From Antedon mediterranea (taxonomy: Eukaryota > Animalia > Echinodermata): DNA of 64,000 bases. Below, piece by piece: positions 46,401 to 59,600 of the stretch (the first letter of the stretch is position 1; every line of letters starts with the position of its first letter). The stretch is from positions 38,694,437 to 38,758,436 of the forward strand of contig NC_092672.1 in NCBI RefSeq assembly GCF_964355755.1, in the 5' to 3' direction. The notes beneath the pieces are model-generated. The model was not told where the DNA came from. It did no database searches and worked only from the letters and a program-made list of their open reading frames with translations. Both the position numbers and the translations under genes were made by a program.

Positions 46401-46553
46401 AAATACAGTGTGTCGGATGAACGCAAGGAGGACCAGCGTGACGTAGATGGTCAATTGATGAACATAATCAAAGATGTTGAAAACATGAAGGCTTACATCT
46501 CGATGCCATTCTATCTCAGTAACAAACAATATCCACATAAAATGATCTTTTAA
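43467..46553 (+). CDS. RPL6: 60S ribosomal protein L6 (eL6), 5 coding exons
   Basis: Exons 43467-43577, 43851-43952, 45279-45468, 45975-46159, 46401-46553: [79 protein letters not shown]. Confidence 0.97.
44014..45123. mobile_element. 1.1-kb non-autonomous hAT-like element in an RPL6 intron, apparent 6-bp TSD
   Basis: ATCAAT|CAGGGGTGGATCCAGG ... TTGAATCCGCGCCTG|ATCAAT; GC- and CpG-richer than the host intron. Confidence 0.75.
45866..45955. repeat. 28-bp tandem repeat, about 3 copies
   Basis: TTGTAAGCCTGTATTTGTATATCAATAA repeated just upstream of an RPL6 acceptor. Confidence 0.9.
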
Positions 46554-46760
46554 GTAAAATAATGGTTAACCGACTTCTAAAAGCATCAGTTATGTCCGAC
46601 TATATATTAAAATGAGAAAGAAAAAACATGTGTATGGCTTCATTTTGTTGCTATAACTGATTTGCTTTTGTAAACTAGATCATGTCTTAAAATGACTCCT
46701 TACTACTTGATCTAAGTGGAAGTTGAATGCAACCTGTATACATAAAATACAAATTAGAAG

Positions 46761-47104
46761 AAAAGAACTTATAACACAAGAATCTCCAGTTCTTCAATTT
46801 GCATTCAAAACACAATATCGGAAGTACAGGGTTAAAAGGTCAAACTGGGCGACGCCATTTCACAGCATGGAGCAGCGCCCCCTCCAAACTAGGAAGTCAA
46901 TTACTCTATCCTCAGTCAATTACTCTATCCCCCCTAGAGTATTAGCAGACCCCCTCTATGATTTTGACTTTCTAATTTGATGCGGGCGCCCTACTCCATG
47001 GCTCACAATGGCGCCACCCATTAGCTCTATTCTATCCCACAATGCCTTTCGAAATTGTTACGCGCTTCGGACGAACAGGAGATTCTTGAGTTATAAGTTC
47101 TTTG
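46761..47104. mobile_element. 344-bp P-element-like MITE, 7-bp TSD
   Basis: TTAGAAG|AAAAGAACTTATAACACAAGAATCTCC ... GGAGATTCTTGAGTTATAAGTTCTTTG|TTAGAAG. Confidence 0.8.
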
Positions 47105-47440
47105 TTAGAAGGTAATCATTTTCACTATCACGTGTTTCTGGGGGTTGGTTTGTAGTTGTATAGCGCCCTCTATGTTTTGGTTACATCAAGTTCATAAATA
47201 TGAAAGACAAAAAAATCTGTTTTACCAACCAATAAATAATAATAAACCGATAGATCAATGGTATCATTTACGGTAGTCCTGTCCTCGACACTTATGACCT
47301 AGGATGTATGAAGCCTTTGCTGCCAAAAAAGTTCTGAATTTTATATTACAGTATTTTATTATGCCTGAAATAATCGTATTCCTGATTGTATTGGGCTGGA
47401 AAAATGTTTGATCATTAAATATGACGGGGCTTGGTACAGT

Positions 47441-48284
47441 CAAAGAATATATATCACAAGAATGAGTATTCCGCGATTTTTGCATGAGAAATTTGTAACC
47501 GAGAGCGCCAGTGAGTGATGCCCGCCCTCATAAGGGCGGATGTATACATACTAAATAAGACTTGATTTAATAGATATTATACATGTCACATTAAATAGAA
47601 TTATGATAATAGTTTTTGCAATTGTAAACTATTTTATAATACATATTTATTAACAAACTAGTGTACATTCACTTTTATAGACAATTATTTACTAACATGC
47701 TAAGTTAGCTCACAAAAAAGGCCTAACACAGCAACACATCACGAATCGTTTACTCAGCACGGCCTATTCTTTACCATTGCCGTGTACTACTCTACGCCCG
47801 GTAAATTAAGTATTGTTTTTATGATATAAATTAGTATAAAATACATGTTATTAATAGGACAAAATGTTAAATGTCATTAACATTTATTTGTTTTACCAGA
47901 AACAAGTTAAATATAGGAATATTATTAAACTATCCTTCGTGAAAACGCGTAAACACCAAACAACACGCTCGGTCACGCTATCGTAGCGCCCGGTTGATAA
48001 AGCAAACTGTTTATACGACAGTTTTTACTAAATAAATTGCATAAAACGAACAATTATATATCCAAATAGTATTTAACATGATGTTGGCATGTAGTTGATA
48101 ACATTTTTTATCATGAAAATACATTACTACCGGTGGTCTAGCCTTTGATTATTGAAACCGTCACAAAAAGTTGTATACATCCCAGATACATCCACACTTA
48201 TGGCGGCGCCCTACCACATGGACAATATTACTGTTACAGGGAAAATCGCGGATTACTCATTCTTGTGATATAATATATTCTTTG
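47441..48284. mobile_element. 844-bp P-element-like MITE, 7-bp TSD
   Basis: GTACAGT|CAAAGAATATATATCACAAGAATGAGTATTCCGCGATTT ... AAATCGCGGATTACTCATTCTTGTGATATAATATATTCTTTG|GTACAGT. Confidence 0.82.
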
Positions 48285-48368
48285 GTACAGTATAATCACA
48301 ATGTTCGGGCGTCGTTATGGTGAACTACTTTAATGACACAAAATGATGGGGATGAGCCTCTTAATTTT

Positions 48369-49759
48369 TCAGAAATAAGGTTCTCTCGACTTACGCGCGC
48401 GTAACAAAGGTTTCGTAATGTTTGCACATGCGCAGATCGATTTGTTTACAAAGTAGGCGGAGCTTGCGCGTTGCATGTTGGGAAATAGCGTTAACGTTTA
48501 CGTACGTGTGCGAAAACTCGATCCCTATTTTTTTCAGCAGAAATAAGGTTCTCTCAACGTAAGCGTAACTAAAGTTTTTCGTAATGCTTGCACACGCGCA
48601 GATCGATTTGTTCACAAAGTAGGCGGAGCAGCTTGCGCGTTGCAAAGTCTAGATCCTTGACTTTCTAATGAAAATTTCCTATATACTTAAATACCAAAAC
48701 TTTTTACATCTTTCCCATTGGTTATTATAAATACATTTTTATTCCAGGCTAAAATTCCACCAATCAGATTGGTCAATGACACCACGCAATCTTCACATGC
48801 ATTTGCGCGTTATAGTCACATGATCAATGCGTGATACAGAACCAGCTCAAATCAATTATTGAGATCAACTGCCGTTTTCGGCCACAATGACCTGTATGGA
48901 CTATACCATTATAAAAATATGGATAAATAGGGGTGTCCCATTTATTAATTTAATGTGCTATTTAAAAAAAAAATTGAGTTGCTTTTGTTGCATTATGTTT
49001 CAGCAACAAAGGGAAAATAAGTTACAAATAAAATGGAGTAAAAGAGGAGAGATACCTTACCTTACCAGGTTAAAATCTTTTAACCTCATGTCTCTTAAAA
49101 CCGTCGCAACAAAATCCTTTTTCACTTTATTTTTAAATGTCTTTATGGCTTTACTGACTGCTCTTCTGATCATCCAGAATCTCACTATAAATCCTAGACA
49201 CACTGAAGGCCTCACATTTAATCATCTCTTTTCTCGAACTCTGGCCCTTCGTAATTCTCCTATAAACCGCTTCCCGGCCCTAAGCTTTGGTTTCAGTTAC
49301 CTTCCTCATTACGCCAATTAGCTGTTACTGAATCTTTTCCTCATCTTTTATCATCTATTGACTCTTTCCTTCATGATAATTATCTTTAATTCTTTTTTAT
49401 TTTTTTTTTATTTAATCATATTTGTTCTTTTTTTTTCTGTATACTCACAGCTTTATACTTTATTTGTTTATAAAATTATATATTTATTTTAGCTAAGATC
49501 ATGGGACTGCTGACTCTTGTAGTTACAGTAATTATATTACTTTAGCAGTCCCTGACCAATTTCATCTTTGTACATTGTATATGTTTTGTTGGTCGAATAA
49601 ATAAATGAATAAATGAAATGAATTTCCCAAAATGCAACGCGCAAGCTCCGCCCACTTCGTAAACATCGATCTGCACGTACACGTGGACGTGTGCGCGCAA
49701 GAAAACTTTATAAAGTTGTTAGGTACCAGTACGTCACTCGTCGAGAACCTTATTTCTGA
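48369..49759. mobile_element. Composite inverted-repeat element (TCAGAAATAAGGTTCTC..GAC ends) with a duplicated left arm and internal insertions
   Basis: Left arm occurs twice (about 48369-48480 and 48538-48645); its reverse complement lies at about 49632-49759. Confidence 0.65.
49055..49622 (+). mobile_element. Degraded CR1-like LINE 3' fragment
   Basis: Frameshifted YLTRLKSFNLMSL..RR, RNSPINRFP, LWFQLPSSLR; ends in an (AATAA/AATGA)n tail. Confidence 0.55.
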
Positions 49760-50682
49760 CAACTAGCGTAAATGAAGAACGTTAACCGAAGGGTATCGAA
49801 ACATGGAAGTTTACATTAAATTCTGCAAAAATAGGCCTGGCCTAATTTAATTAAGAAAAGAAATGGTAAATTTAAAGTTATGTTTTTATTTTTATAAGGA
49901 TTGCTCATCGCAATGCTATTTTATCACCCAATATGCATGATTAAACATGTGCCTATAGCTGCTAGGCCCAGTGTAATTACGAGCGGTGTATGTTGCGTGC
50001 GCGACACTACGTTCGTTCTACACTACGTCGAAAAACGCGCAAAATAACAAGTACGTTAACGCAACTGTTTGAACTACCGGACGGCTATGCAATGAGTAGA
50101 ATGTTGACGTCATCTGTTAAAGTTTACATTTTCCTGCGAAAACTTCCTAATCACATGCCTTAATAAAAAGTACATGCTTTAATTGTACTTTCTTCCCATA
50201 GACACCCTTCTCTGCATAAAACATAATATATCACACCCCTATCATAACAATGGTATAGTCAATACAGGTCAAGTAGCCCGAGAAAAAGGCACTACGGCTA
50301 TACTAGGCTGCGGCTTCGATCTTTTCTGCACACGGCACTGATAATACGAGTACACACGTCACGTCACAACATGGATATAAACATTGAGTAAATAATATCG
50401 GTAAAAGTTAACGTTTACGACGACCTGCGAAAAACTCCATATTGATTGACACATAGATTGACCCCAAATTTTTTATTAAAAAAAAGAAAGATGACCTCTC
50501 TATATGATGTATGTTGAAAAGAATCGAATAATGATGGAAGCAACCCGGACGTTACGTTACGCAGTCGCGGTCCTGGAATTAAAAAAGTAAACAAAATTTC
50601 ACGTTTTTGCCAGTGTATTTTTACTGGTTTCATACATATTTATTCTTAATAAGCCTAATTCAAGCGATATTTTCAAATAAAA

Positions 50683-53600
50683 ATGGCGAAATTAATAGCT
50701 GTGTGTTCGAAATCCGCAAAAGATAAGCCGTACAAATTCGAAGAACTACAGGTTCCATTGGAAGTCGAAGATAATCTGAAGGTACGTACACCGCATCATG
50801 CACCGGGCGGAGGGCTTTAGCTTAGGCCTAGGCTAGGCCTAGCTATTTTCTGTATGCATAGGCTTTTTGGGTCTAGGCCCTCTATTATGACTATGTGTTC
50901 AGATTCAGTCCCTAGCTAGGCCTACCCGGCCCGGAAGGAGGAGAAAAAAAAAGAGTGGAAATCCACATAAATAATAGGAAAGAGTCTATTTTTATGTAAT
51001 GTAACCTACAAAAACTACAGTAAAAATTGTATTACAAAATATATGTGTTTTTAAAGTACTACTACAGTACTAGGCCTATATTTCGATATAGGCCTAGGGC
51101 CTAGGCCGGCCTATTTTCATCGTATCGATATTGAATTATGAAACCATGTTTTGAAATATGAATCATGATGATGAATTTAATCGTTTCATTCCAAATTATA
51201 TTTTAAATATGTTCTACTTTGTTTCATTCAGTCTAGAAAACAAAACATGATTAAGTTATTTTAGCAATTTTTATTGTATGTGCTGTCAAGAAACGAACAT
51301 TTTATTTGCCACATTAAGAAATGTTTATGTGTTAAGGTTGCAACTTGCATATACAGTATACAGAATAAAGTCTCCCTCTGAGGAGAGTTGAATTAAATTA
51401 AAGCGTATAAATACTCTGTGACCTATGCATGAACCAAAAATATCTTAAATTAAATCAGTTAGAACATCGTTAATAGGCCCTACTAAATTTCTTTATTAAA
51501 TGATGAGTGTGTCTTTAAGATTATTGATTTCTAGTTTTATTTTACTTTTTTTTGTAGATGGTTATGCAACTTCCAGTCATAGAGAAGGTGCAGTGTAATC
51601 ACAACCCAGATGACATTAGAGACAAAAAGTTTCATAGAAATGTTGATATATTTGCAAAGGTTGGTTGATCATTAAAAGTGTGTCCTTATGTTGCCCTTTT
51701 TTAGTATATCAAGCTTTATTTATGATTGTACTGGAGTCGAGTTGTGGCTTGGTAGACAGTATGATGCTTGGCTAGCAATTTCAAAGGTCCTGGGTTCAAG
51801 TCCTGTTATATTATATGTCAGGATTTTTTCTAATGAACATTTAACACTCCCAAAGACTTGTAATAAGACTTTGTTTATGTAGAGCATATTGTGTATATTT
51901 ATGTCTTGTGAATGGGTTTGCCACTTTTAAGAAGGATAGTGAATTAATGCGCTGGTAATTATATTATATACGGGTGTACAATATACTATCTCAGATTTAA
52001 AGATTGTTATCATGCTCTGTTTAGAAAGCCATAAACTGCCAACATTTTTAAAAGACATGGTGCATAAAAAAAAAATTGTATTTCCAATCCTTATTTATAA
52101 TATTGCAATTCATTCATTTTTGTGTTTAATTGGTTACAGAAAATGGATTTATTATCTCGTGATGAACTAGCAGCTACATTATTAATTCCAAGTAAAGAGG
52201 TGTTCAGCTCAATGCTTGTTGAAAATATTACATGTGTTGGTTGTAGAAGAAGGTATAACAAAATTAATTCATTCACTCAAAATCCACAATTTTAGAAACA
52301 TTATTCCTGTGACCCTGGTTCTTTATTAATTTGTTGTTACAACTGTTTTAGAATAAAAAATTTAACAATTTCTTGGGAATTCATAAATGTTGTAATTAGT
52401 AAATGTAAATGCAATTTAAGTTTTACCTTGAACCCACTTACTGTATTTGTACTCTTGGTGAAAATTCTACACCCTTTTAATGTTTTTTATTCTTAACTCA
52501 GAAGTTAAAGTGTGCTTTGATACTTACTGTATCTCTACTCTTGGTGAAAATTCTACACCCTTTTAATGTTTTTTACTCTTAACTCAGAAGTTACTTATTG
52601 ATACTTACTGTATCTCTACTCTTGGTGAAAATTCTACACCCTTTTAATGTTTTTTACTCTTAACTCAGAAGTTAAAGTATGTTACTTATTGATACTTACT
52701 GTATCTCTACTCTTGGTGAAAATTCTACACCCTTTTGTTTTTTCTTAACTGTACTCATTTTTGTTGAGCAAGTTATAAAGTGTGTCATTGATACAAAGTT
52801 TGCAACAGACATAATTATTACTTATTTACTCATCCTTCTACAGCATTGAGCAGATGTTCAAACAATTGAAGGATCAGGGTTTGGTAAGCGCACTGGATCC
52901 ACTTGTAATCACTACAAGATCTGAACTATCTCTCAACCCATCCTTCCTATACTCACCATGGAATATGCATTCTTTATTCAATGTTCAGGGGTAAGTAATC
53001 TTACTGTAGTTTTTATTTTTTTATTTTTTTTTTATTTATTCATCTTCTCACTAACACTGTTAGTGAAGGATCGGGACCACAGGTGATAAACACCTCAAAA
53101 AACGGTCCAGTCCCAATTGCACAGTTGCTGTGTGTGACCAGAGTGGCTGTGTTTGTGTGGACTAGTACACCGGGGTAACCCCCTACTCGTCTCAAAAGAT
53201 ATACTAGGTTTTTTAAAGTGTACATGAGCTATGTGTACACTGGATCTACAGTTTATGTATAGTCCTTATCTGAGAAGACTCCTTCTACCACCAGAACCAT
53301 GGAGCGATTGAGCCTCGAACCCTTGCCGATGTTATGGCTACGTAATTATGGTTCCACTGTCTTAACCGCTTGGCCACTCACTCACAGTTGTAGTATGCAA
53401 GGTCAAAGGTCAACACAAAAATAATATATGCACTGCTGCAATGACATATTACATATTACAGTGTAGTTGACAGAGCCAATAATGATTTATTTTCAGCTCT
53501 GTGAACATACAACATAATGTCAGGATTGTAATTTATTGATAATTATATGTAGTTCACTGATTGTAAATCAGTATAAATTTAACTTGCGTTTCAAGACAGT

Positions 53601-56600
53601 TTTGTCTAGCTGTCAGTTAGACTTCATAAGTTGCTGTGTGTTGTTACGACGCTGATTGGCCTCCATTCCAGCCATTTGATGTTTTGGTGTGTAGCCTAGG
53701 GGACCAGTCGTCAGGAGTTGATTGTAAATATGTCATAGTTCGATTGTAATTGTTTTTTGTTATTTTTAATTTTCAGAACCAAGTTAGCAAGTATCCTGGA
53801 AGCTTTACCTCGAAAGAAAGGAAGTAAAAGGTGTGCTCTGCATTCTTTAGATTCGCACAAATCAAAGCCAAATGGGTATGTATTAAGTGCTAGAAATGAA
53901 TCTTTATGTGACAAAAAAATATGCTTATATTTGAACATGATGATGTCATATCACTACCATATTTGGGCATATCACTACCATATTTGGGCACATCACACTT
54001 TATTTGTCAAACTATAGTTTGATAGTGTAAACAGAGCTTAAGACTTCTTAATTTCATTGTCATGTCAACTGACATCATCGATTCTCCTGTTTTTTTAGAG
54101 TATATTTATTAATTTCCCAGTCAAGCAGCGTAAGGTCACAAAGTATAATGTAATTTAACAAATAACATTTTCCCAACTAATCTTTTCTGAGTTCGACTTC
54201 ATATTCCTCATCTTCCTATACTGTGTGCAGAACCTCATATTCCTCATCTTCCTATACTGTGTGCAGAACCTCATATTCCTCATCTTCCTATACTGTGTGC
54301 AGAACCTCATATTCCTCATCTTCCTATACTGTGTGCAGAACCTCATATTCCTCATCTTCCTATACTGTGTGCAGAACCTCATATTCCTCATCTTCCTATA
54401 CTGTGTGCAGAACCTCATATTCCTCATCTTCCTATACTGTGTGCAGAACCTCATATTCCTCATCTTCCTATACTGTGTGCAGAACCTCATATTCCTCATC
54501 TTCCTATACTGTGTGCAGAACCTCATTTGAGTATAGTAGCACATGATTGAATTGAATTGACTCAGAGGGCCCAGTTATGATCAGTGGCTGTGATGTACTA
54601 TAGTACACTGGACTAACCCCCTACTCTAAAGATATACTACACTTGATAAATGAGAGGTTCTATTTTTGTTCCTCTGTGTGTCTGTATATATTTGCTTAGA
54701 GACCACAATTGATATAATTGCATGTTTTTGCCTGTTTAGAAATTGGATTGAAATTTGGGAAGCTTTGGAGGCCCCATGCAGAGAAGAAGTGACATTGATT
54801 TCAGCTTCCAGTCTTCAGGTGACAATGGACGCCTATTTAAGAAAACATCGGTATGTATTTAAGTTGATTTATGTAATATAGGTAGGAGGAAAGCTTTTAT
54901 CCAGCTGCCATTCGGGCACTGAATGCTTGTCAGTATTCCGTACGAGAGTGATGTGACACTTTGTAATTGTTTTTGTTAGGTTTTCATTTATCTGTTTTTG
55001 CATATCTCAGAGAAGGAATGTGATCCAACTCGGCCCTAAACCATCTCGGCCAAAGTCAAATCGGCCCCTAGTCAACTCGGCCCCAAGTCAAGTCGGCCAA
55101 AAGTCAACTCGGCCTCGAGTCATCTCGGCCTCACGTCAACTCGGCCAAAAACTAATCGGTCAACTCGGCCCCAATAAAGTATGGAACGCAAAAAGCGAAT
55201 TTTAAACATATTCTTTATAAACATTTTTATTTTACGGTTATCTTAATAATATCTATCTAATATATCTAAGAATATTTCGATTAATTCTGGGCACATTCTA
55301 TAATGTATCAAAATATATAGGCTAGGCCTGGCTAGGCCTAACTAACAAACACGTAGGCACTGAAACTATACATCACAACTATTAATATAGATATAAATAC
55401 TACTTATCAATTAAACGAAAAATGACAGAGTGTGTTATAATTTAAATATTGAATTTTCCGTTTTATTTTCTCTAGGCCTATGTGTAGGCCTAACCTATTA
55501 GATTAGCAAATCCTGCCATTATAATACAGTCGACTCCGCCTAAGTCGAATCTAATGGGACCGGTATAAAAATTCGAGTTACGCGAACTTCGACTTATAGA
55601 TTTGCAAAAAAATGCTAGGCCTAGGCCTAGGTTTACTCACTAGCCGCGCTATGGCTAGGCCTAGTAGACCCTGCCCTGTCGCGATCGCGGCCCACGTGAT
55701 GAGCCTTCTTGAATTGAGTTGGCTTAGCTAGCTAGCTAGGCCTAATAAGTGCTAAACCTCTTTTATCGGCAATGATAAACTGTATTTTCTTTTATGGTTT
55801 AAGCCCGAAACAATACGAAAACGTATAATAAATACATTTCGGTTCTTATTCGAAAATGGGTACCCACAAAACGCCGCTCAAGTTCTCAACTCTGAAACAA
55901 CTCATACACTATACACTAGCGCGAGTTGTAGGACGCCGCCTATACTTTACAACCTGCTTGAGAGAACCGATATGGTCCCACATTATCTCCTCTGTCGTTT
56001 GTTTATCGAATTACGTACGTTTCATCGGCTTTTTTAGCGCGTTGTTGCCGCGTGATTTGTGACTTCGACTTATACGATATAAATCACTAAAGAATGTGTG
56101 TATTCGGACCGCAAAAAGACGTCGACTTAGACGAATTTCGACTTAGAAAAATTCGACTTACAAATAAAAATTACACAGTAATGTATAGGAAAGAATTGGG
56201 ACTTTCATAAAAATTCGACTTTCGCGATTTTTCGACTTACGCGAATTCGACTTAGGCGCAGTGGTGGCGCCAGCGGGGGGGCTACGGGGGCTCTAGCCCC
56301 CTCGTCGGGGAGCCTAGCCCCCCCGTCGGGGAACACGGGTACTTTTTGTCGGGGAATATAATATACAGTAAAAAACGTTCGCGTTCACTTCATGCTTCAG
56401 CGCCTAGAAAACCACGACGTTCCATTGACCGTGAGAGTACGTCAGAGGGCTATTATGCACTTTTATGCATTCATTTATTGCCAGCGATCTAACTTACTAC
56501 TAAACATTAGCTAGGTACGCACTTGTCTGGCGGTATCCCTTTGTACGAATCGTTCAACGTTGGGTCGAGACACGTGATATCAAGTTCCATACAGGGACCA

Positions 56601-59600
56601 AAATGTGTAATGTAGTTATTTTCCAGGCGAAGTTTACCGACGGTTACCGAAGGGAACACGGGTACTTTTTGTCGGGGAATATAATATACAGTAAAAAGCG
56701 TTCGCGTTCACTTCGTAGCTAGCTTCAGCGCCTATAAAACCGCGACGTTTCATTGACCGTGAGAGTACGTCAGAGTGATATTATGCACTTTATATGCATT
56801 CATTATTGCCAGCGACCTAACTTACTACTAAACAATAGCTAGGTTCGCACTTGTCTGGCGGTATCCCTTTGTACGAATCGTTCAACGTTGGGTCGAGACG
56901 CGTAATATCATGTTCCATCCAGGGACCAAAATGTGTAATGTAGTTATTTTCCAGGCGAAGTTTTCCGACGGTTACCGAAGGGAACACGGGTACTTTTTGT
57001 CGGGGAATATAATATACAGTAAAAAGCGTTCGCGTTCACTTCGTAGCTAGCTTCAGCGCCTAGAAAACCGCGACGTTTCATTGACCGTGAGAGTACGTCA
57101 GAGTGATATTATGCACTTTATATGCATTCATTATTGCCAGCGACCTAACTTACTACTAAACAATAGCTAGGTTCGCACTTGTCTGGCGGTATCCCTTTGT
57201 ACGAATCGTTCAACGTTGGGTCGAGACGCGTAATATCATGTTCCATCCAGGGACCAAAATGTGTACTGTATAGTTATTTTCCAGGCGAAGTTTACTGACG
57301 GTTACGTCGTGTACTGCGTCGACGTACGCTACACTACAGCAAAAACGAATTATGTTAATTGTTCGTATGTTCACCAATTTTTTAATTTACAAGTAACCTT
57401 CTGTACCGTGGGGCACCTAAAATAAATTTTTCATCCATTACTAAACAAAAAAACATGCCATTTTCTTATTATAGCTAAGTTATTACATTTTCAATGTCCT
57501 GTATGTCATGAATTTCTCACCACTCGGAAGTCCAGATAAACAGTTTCTTAGCTCAGCCCCAACAATAAAGCTGGTCATATTTCGAAGTACAAGAAGTGCA
57601 TTTTCCGCGACCTAACATCTCTATTTTTCAAAAATTTCTTAGCTCAGTCACAACCATGATAGGGACTATTTTGTTTCATGTTTTGAAGTATATTAAGTCC
57701 AATTTCCGGGACCTCCAACTCTATTTTTCTAAATTTTCTTTGAACTTTTATTTTTTAAATTGAAAAATATGGATTGAAACAGTCATCGCGCATCGTTTTT
57801 TTGCACGCAGTATTTTATTTATGCATTATAAAAAATGGAAAAATGGCTACCCTAAATCTGATTAAAATGACCTCAAATGACGCTAGAACGCGTTGGGGGC
57901 TTCGCCCACCGGGGGCCCTTGCCGGCCCCCTGGCCCCCAGCCGGCCTAGTGATGCTCGCTTCGCTCGCATAGCCCCCTCGTCGGGGAATGTAGCCCCCGC
58001 GTCGGGAAGATCCTGGCGCCACCCCTGCTTAGGCGGAGTCGACATATTAACTATTAGGCCTAGCACTTTTTGCGTTTCATACTTTAATGTGGCCGAGTTG
58101 AACGATTAGTATTTGGCCGAGTTGACGTGAGGCCGAGTTGGTTTGAGGCCGAGATGACGTGAGGCCGAGTTGACTTGAGGCCGACTTGACTTGGGGCTGA
58201 GTTGACTTTGGGCCGACTTGACGTGGGGCCGACTTGACTTTGGCCGAGATGGTTTAGGGCCGAGTTGACCTGCACCCCAGAGAAGACATACTTTCTATGT
58301 ATATTTTACATGGCAAATGACAATAAATGTAATTGATGACTGAATAAATCTTTTTGTTGGTTTTTTAATAATACATTAATAGAATTCAAAACCTTTCTTT
58401 AACTAATCATTAATGATTTCTTTTTAGGTTCTGCACTGAATGTAAGTCTAAAGTGACACGGGCATTCAATATACTGATAGGTGAAATTGAACCGAGTAAA
58501 GAGAAGGGGTATTGTGCACACATTTATGACGGCCTTCGTAGCTGCCCTCTGCAAAAACACATCCATCTTCTTTGTGAGACCAACTTTATACATAAGCTGA
58601 TTATGAGGGCTGAGCCAGAAATGTCAGGAGTGTAAGTTAATAACAACAATAATTTATATAGCACACACTAAAAGTGCTCATTTTTATAGTTGTTTTCTTT
58701 TTCAGTACATTCACATGTAAAATAGAGTATGAATGTGCCCAGTCATTATATTTATCATCATCATACACAATTTTAAAATCATAAATAATTTTATCTATTC
58801 TTTATCAAAATAGAATATTTACCCTTCATTATCAAGTAAGTAAAGTAATGTTTTTTGTTTCAGTCGTGAACGTCATGCAAAAACTATTGATGTGGCCCAG
58901 GAAGAGGTGTTGACCTGTTTAGGTCTACATGTTCATGAAAGGCTGTTTAAAATTTCACAGAAGCTTCGTGCTGAGGAACAAACATGTCAACTTTTGTTCT
59001 ATCTAGGAGTAGAAAGACTGAGAAAGGCATTTGAGGTTTAAACAATTACTATTTAACAATACTATTTAACAATTACTATTTATTACTATTTAACTTTTTT
59101 ACAAGCATTGCATCTTCATTTGCTCATGACAGAAATATTTATTTTGATCTATTTCATTATGGGTTTCTTAAATCCATTTATATTATATGGTCCCTTTCAT
59201 CTTTAAAAATATGTTTTACTCCTTGTTTGTTTTGTGTTTTTGTTTGTTTTATGAGATGAATAAAGATAAACTGTTGAAATGATTCTTAACTCCAATTTTA
59301 TTATTATAAGGTAACTATTGAATCAAAGAGAGGTATGAGCATGTTAGAGCAAGTTTGCGAAGAAATTAATGAAGCTGATAAACTTAAGCAACACAAGAAA
59401 GAACAAAAGAAACTGCGTCGGAAAGCAAAAAAGAAATCGGTTAAATGTGCCATAGGTGCATGCCTAGAAGATAAATCACAAATTAATACATGTGATTGTG
59501 GTTCTGAGAAAGCTGAAAAGGATGTATTTGGAGAGGTGTGTCTGCAAGATAGCCATTTCTACAAGGTAATAATTAAACAATAGATTTGATGCATATCTGC

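Larger units (their letters stand above)
55016..58277. mobile_element. MuDR-like GTCAACTCGGCC-array element (same family as 37822-38698), 8-bp TSD, containing nested elements
   Basis: CAGAGAAG duplicated at 55008-15 and 58278-85; same arrays and GACCTGCACCC right end. Confidence 0.85.

Noticed and set aside
47157-47175. CTCF-like site TAGCGCCCTCTA
   Set aside because: Only a partial motif; the same 12-mer also occurs inside a TAO kinase coding exon, so it cannot be supported from sequence alone.
51739-51806. Functional tRNA gene
   Set aside because: A and B boxes are present but the cloverleaf is broken, and it continues into a SINE body shared with another copy.
54155-54546. Three overlapping repeat ORFs
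   Set aside because: 36-bp minisatellite artefact.
57774-58109. GC-rich ORFs as a transposase
   Set aside because: They span MITE termini and have no DDE or DNA-binding motifs; no autonomous transposase was found anywhere in the window.
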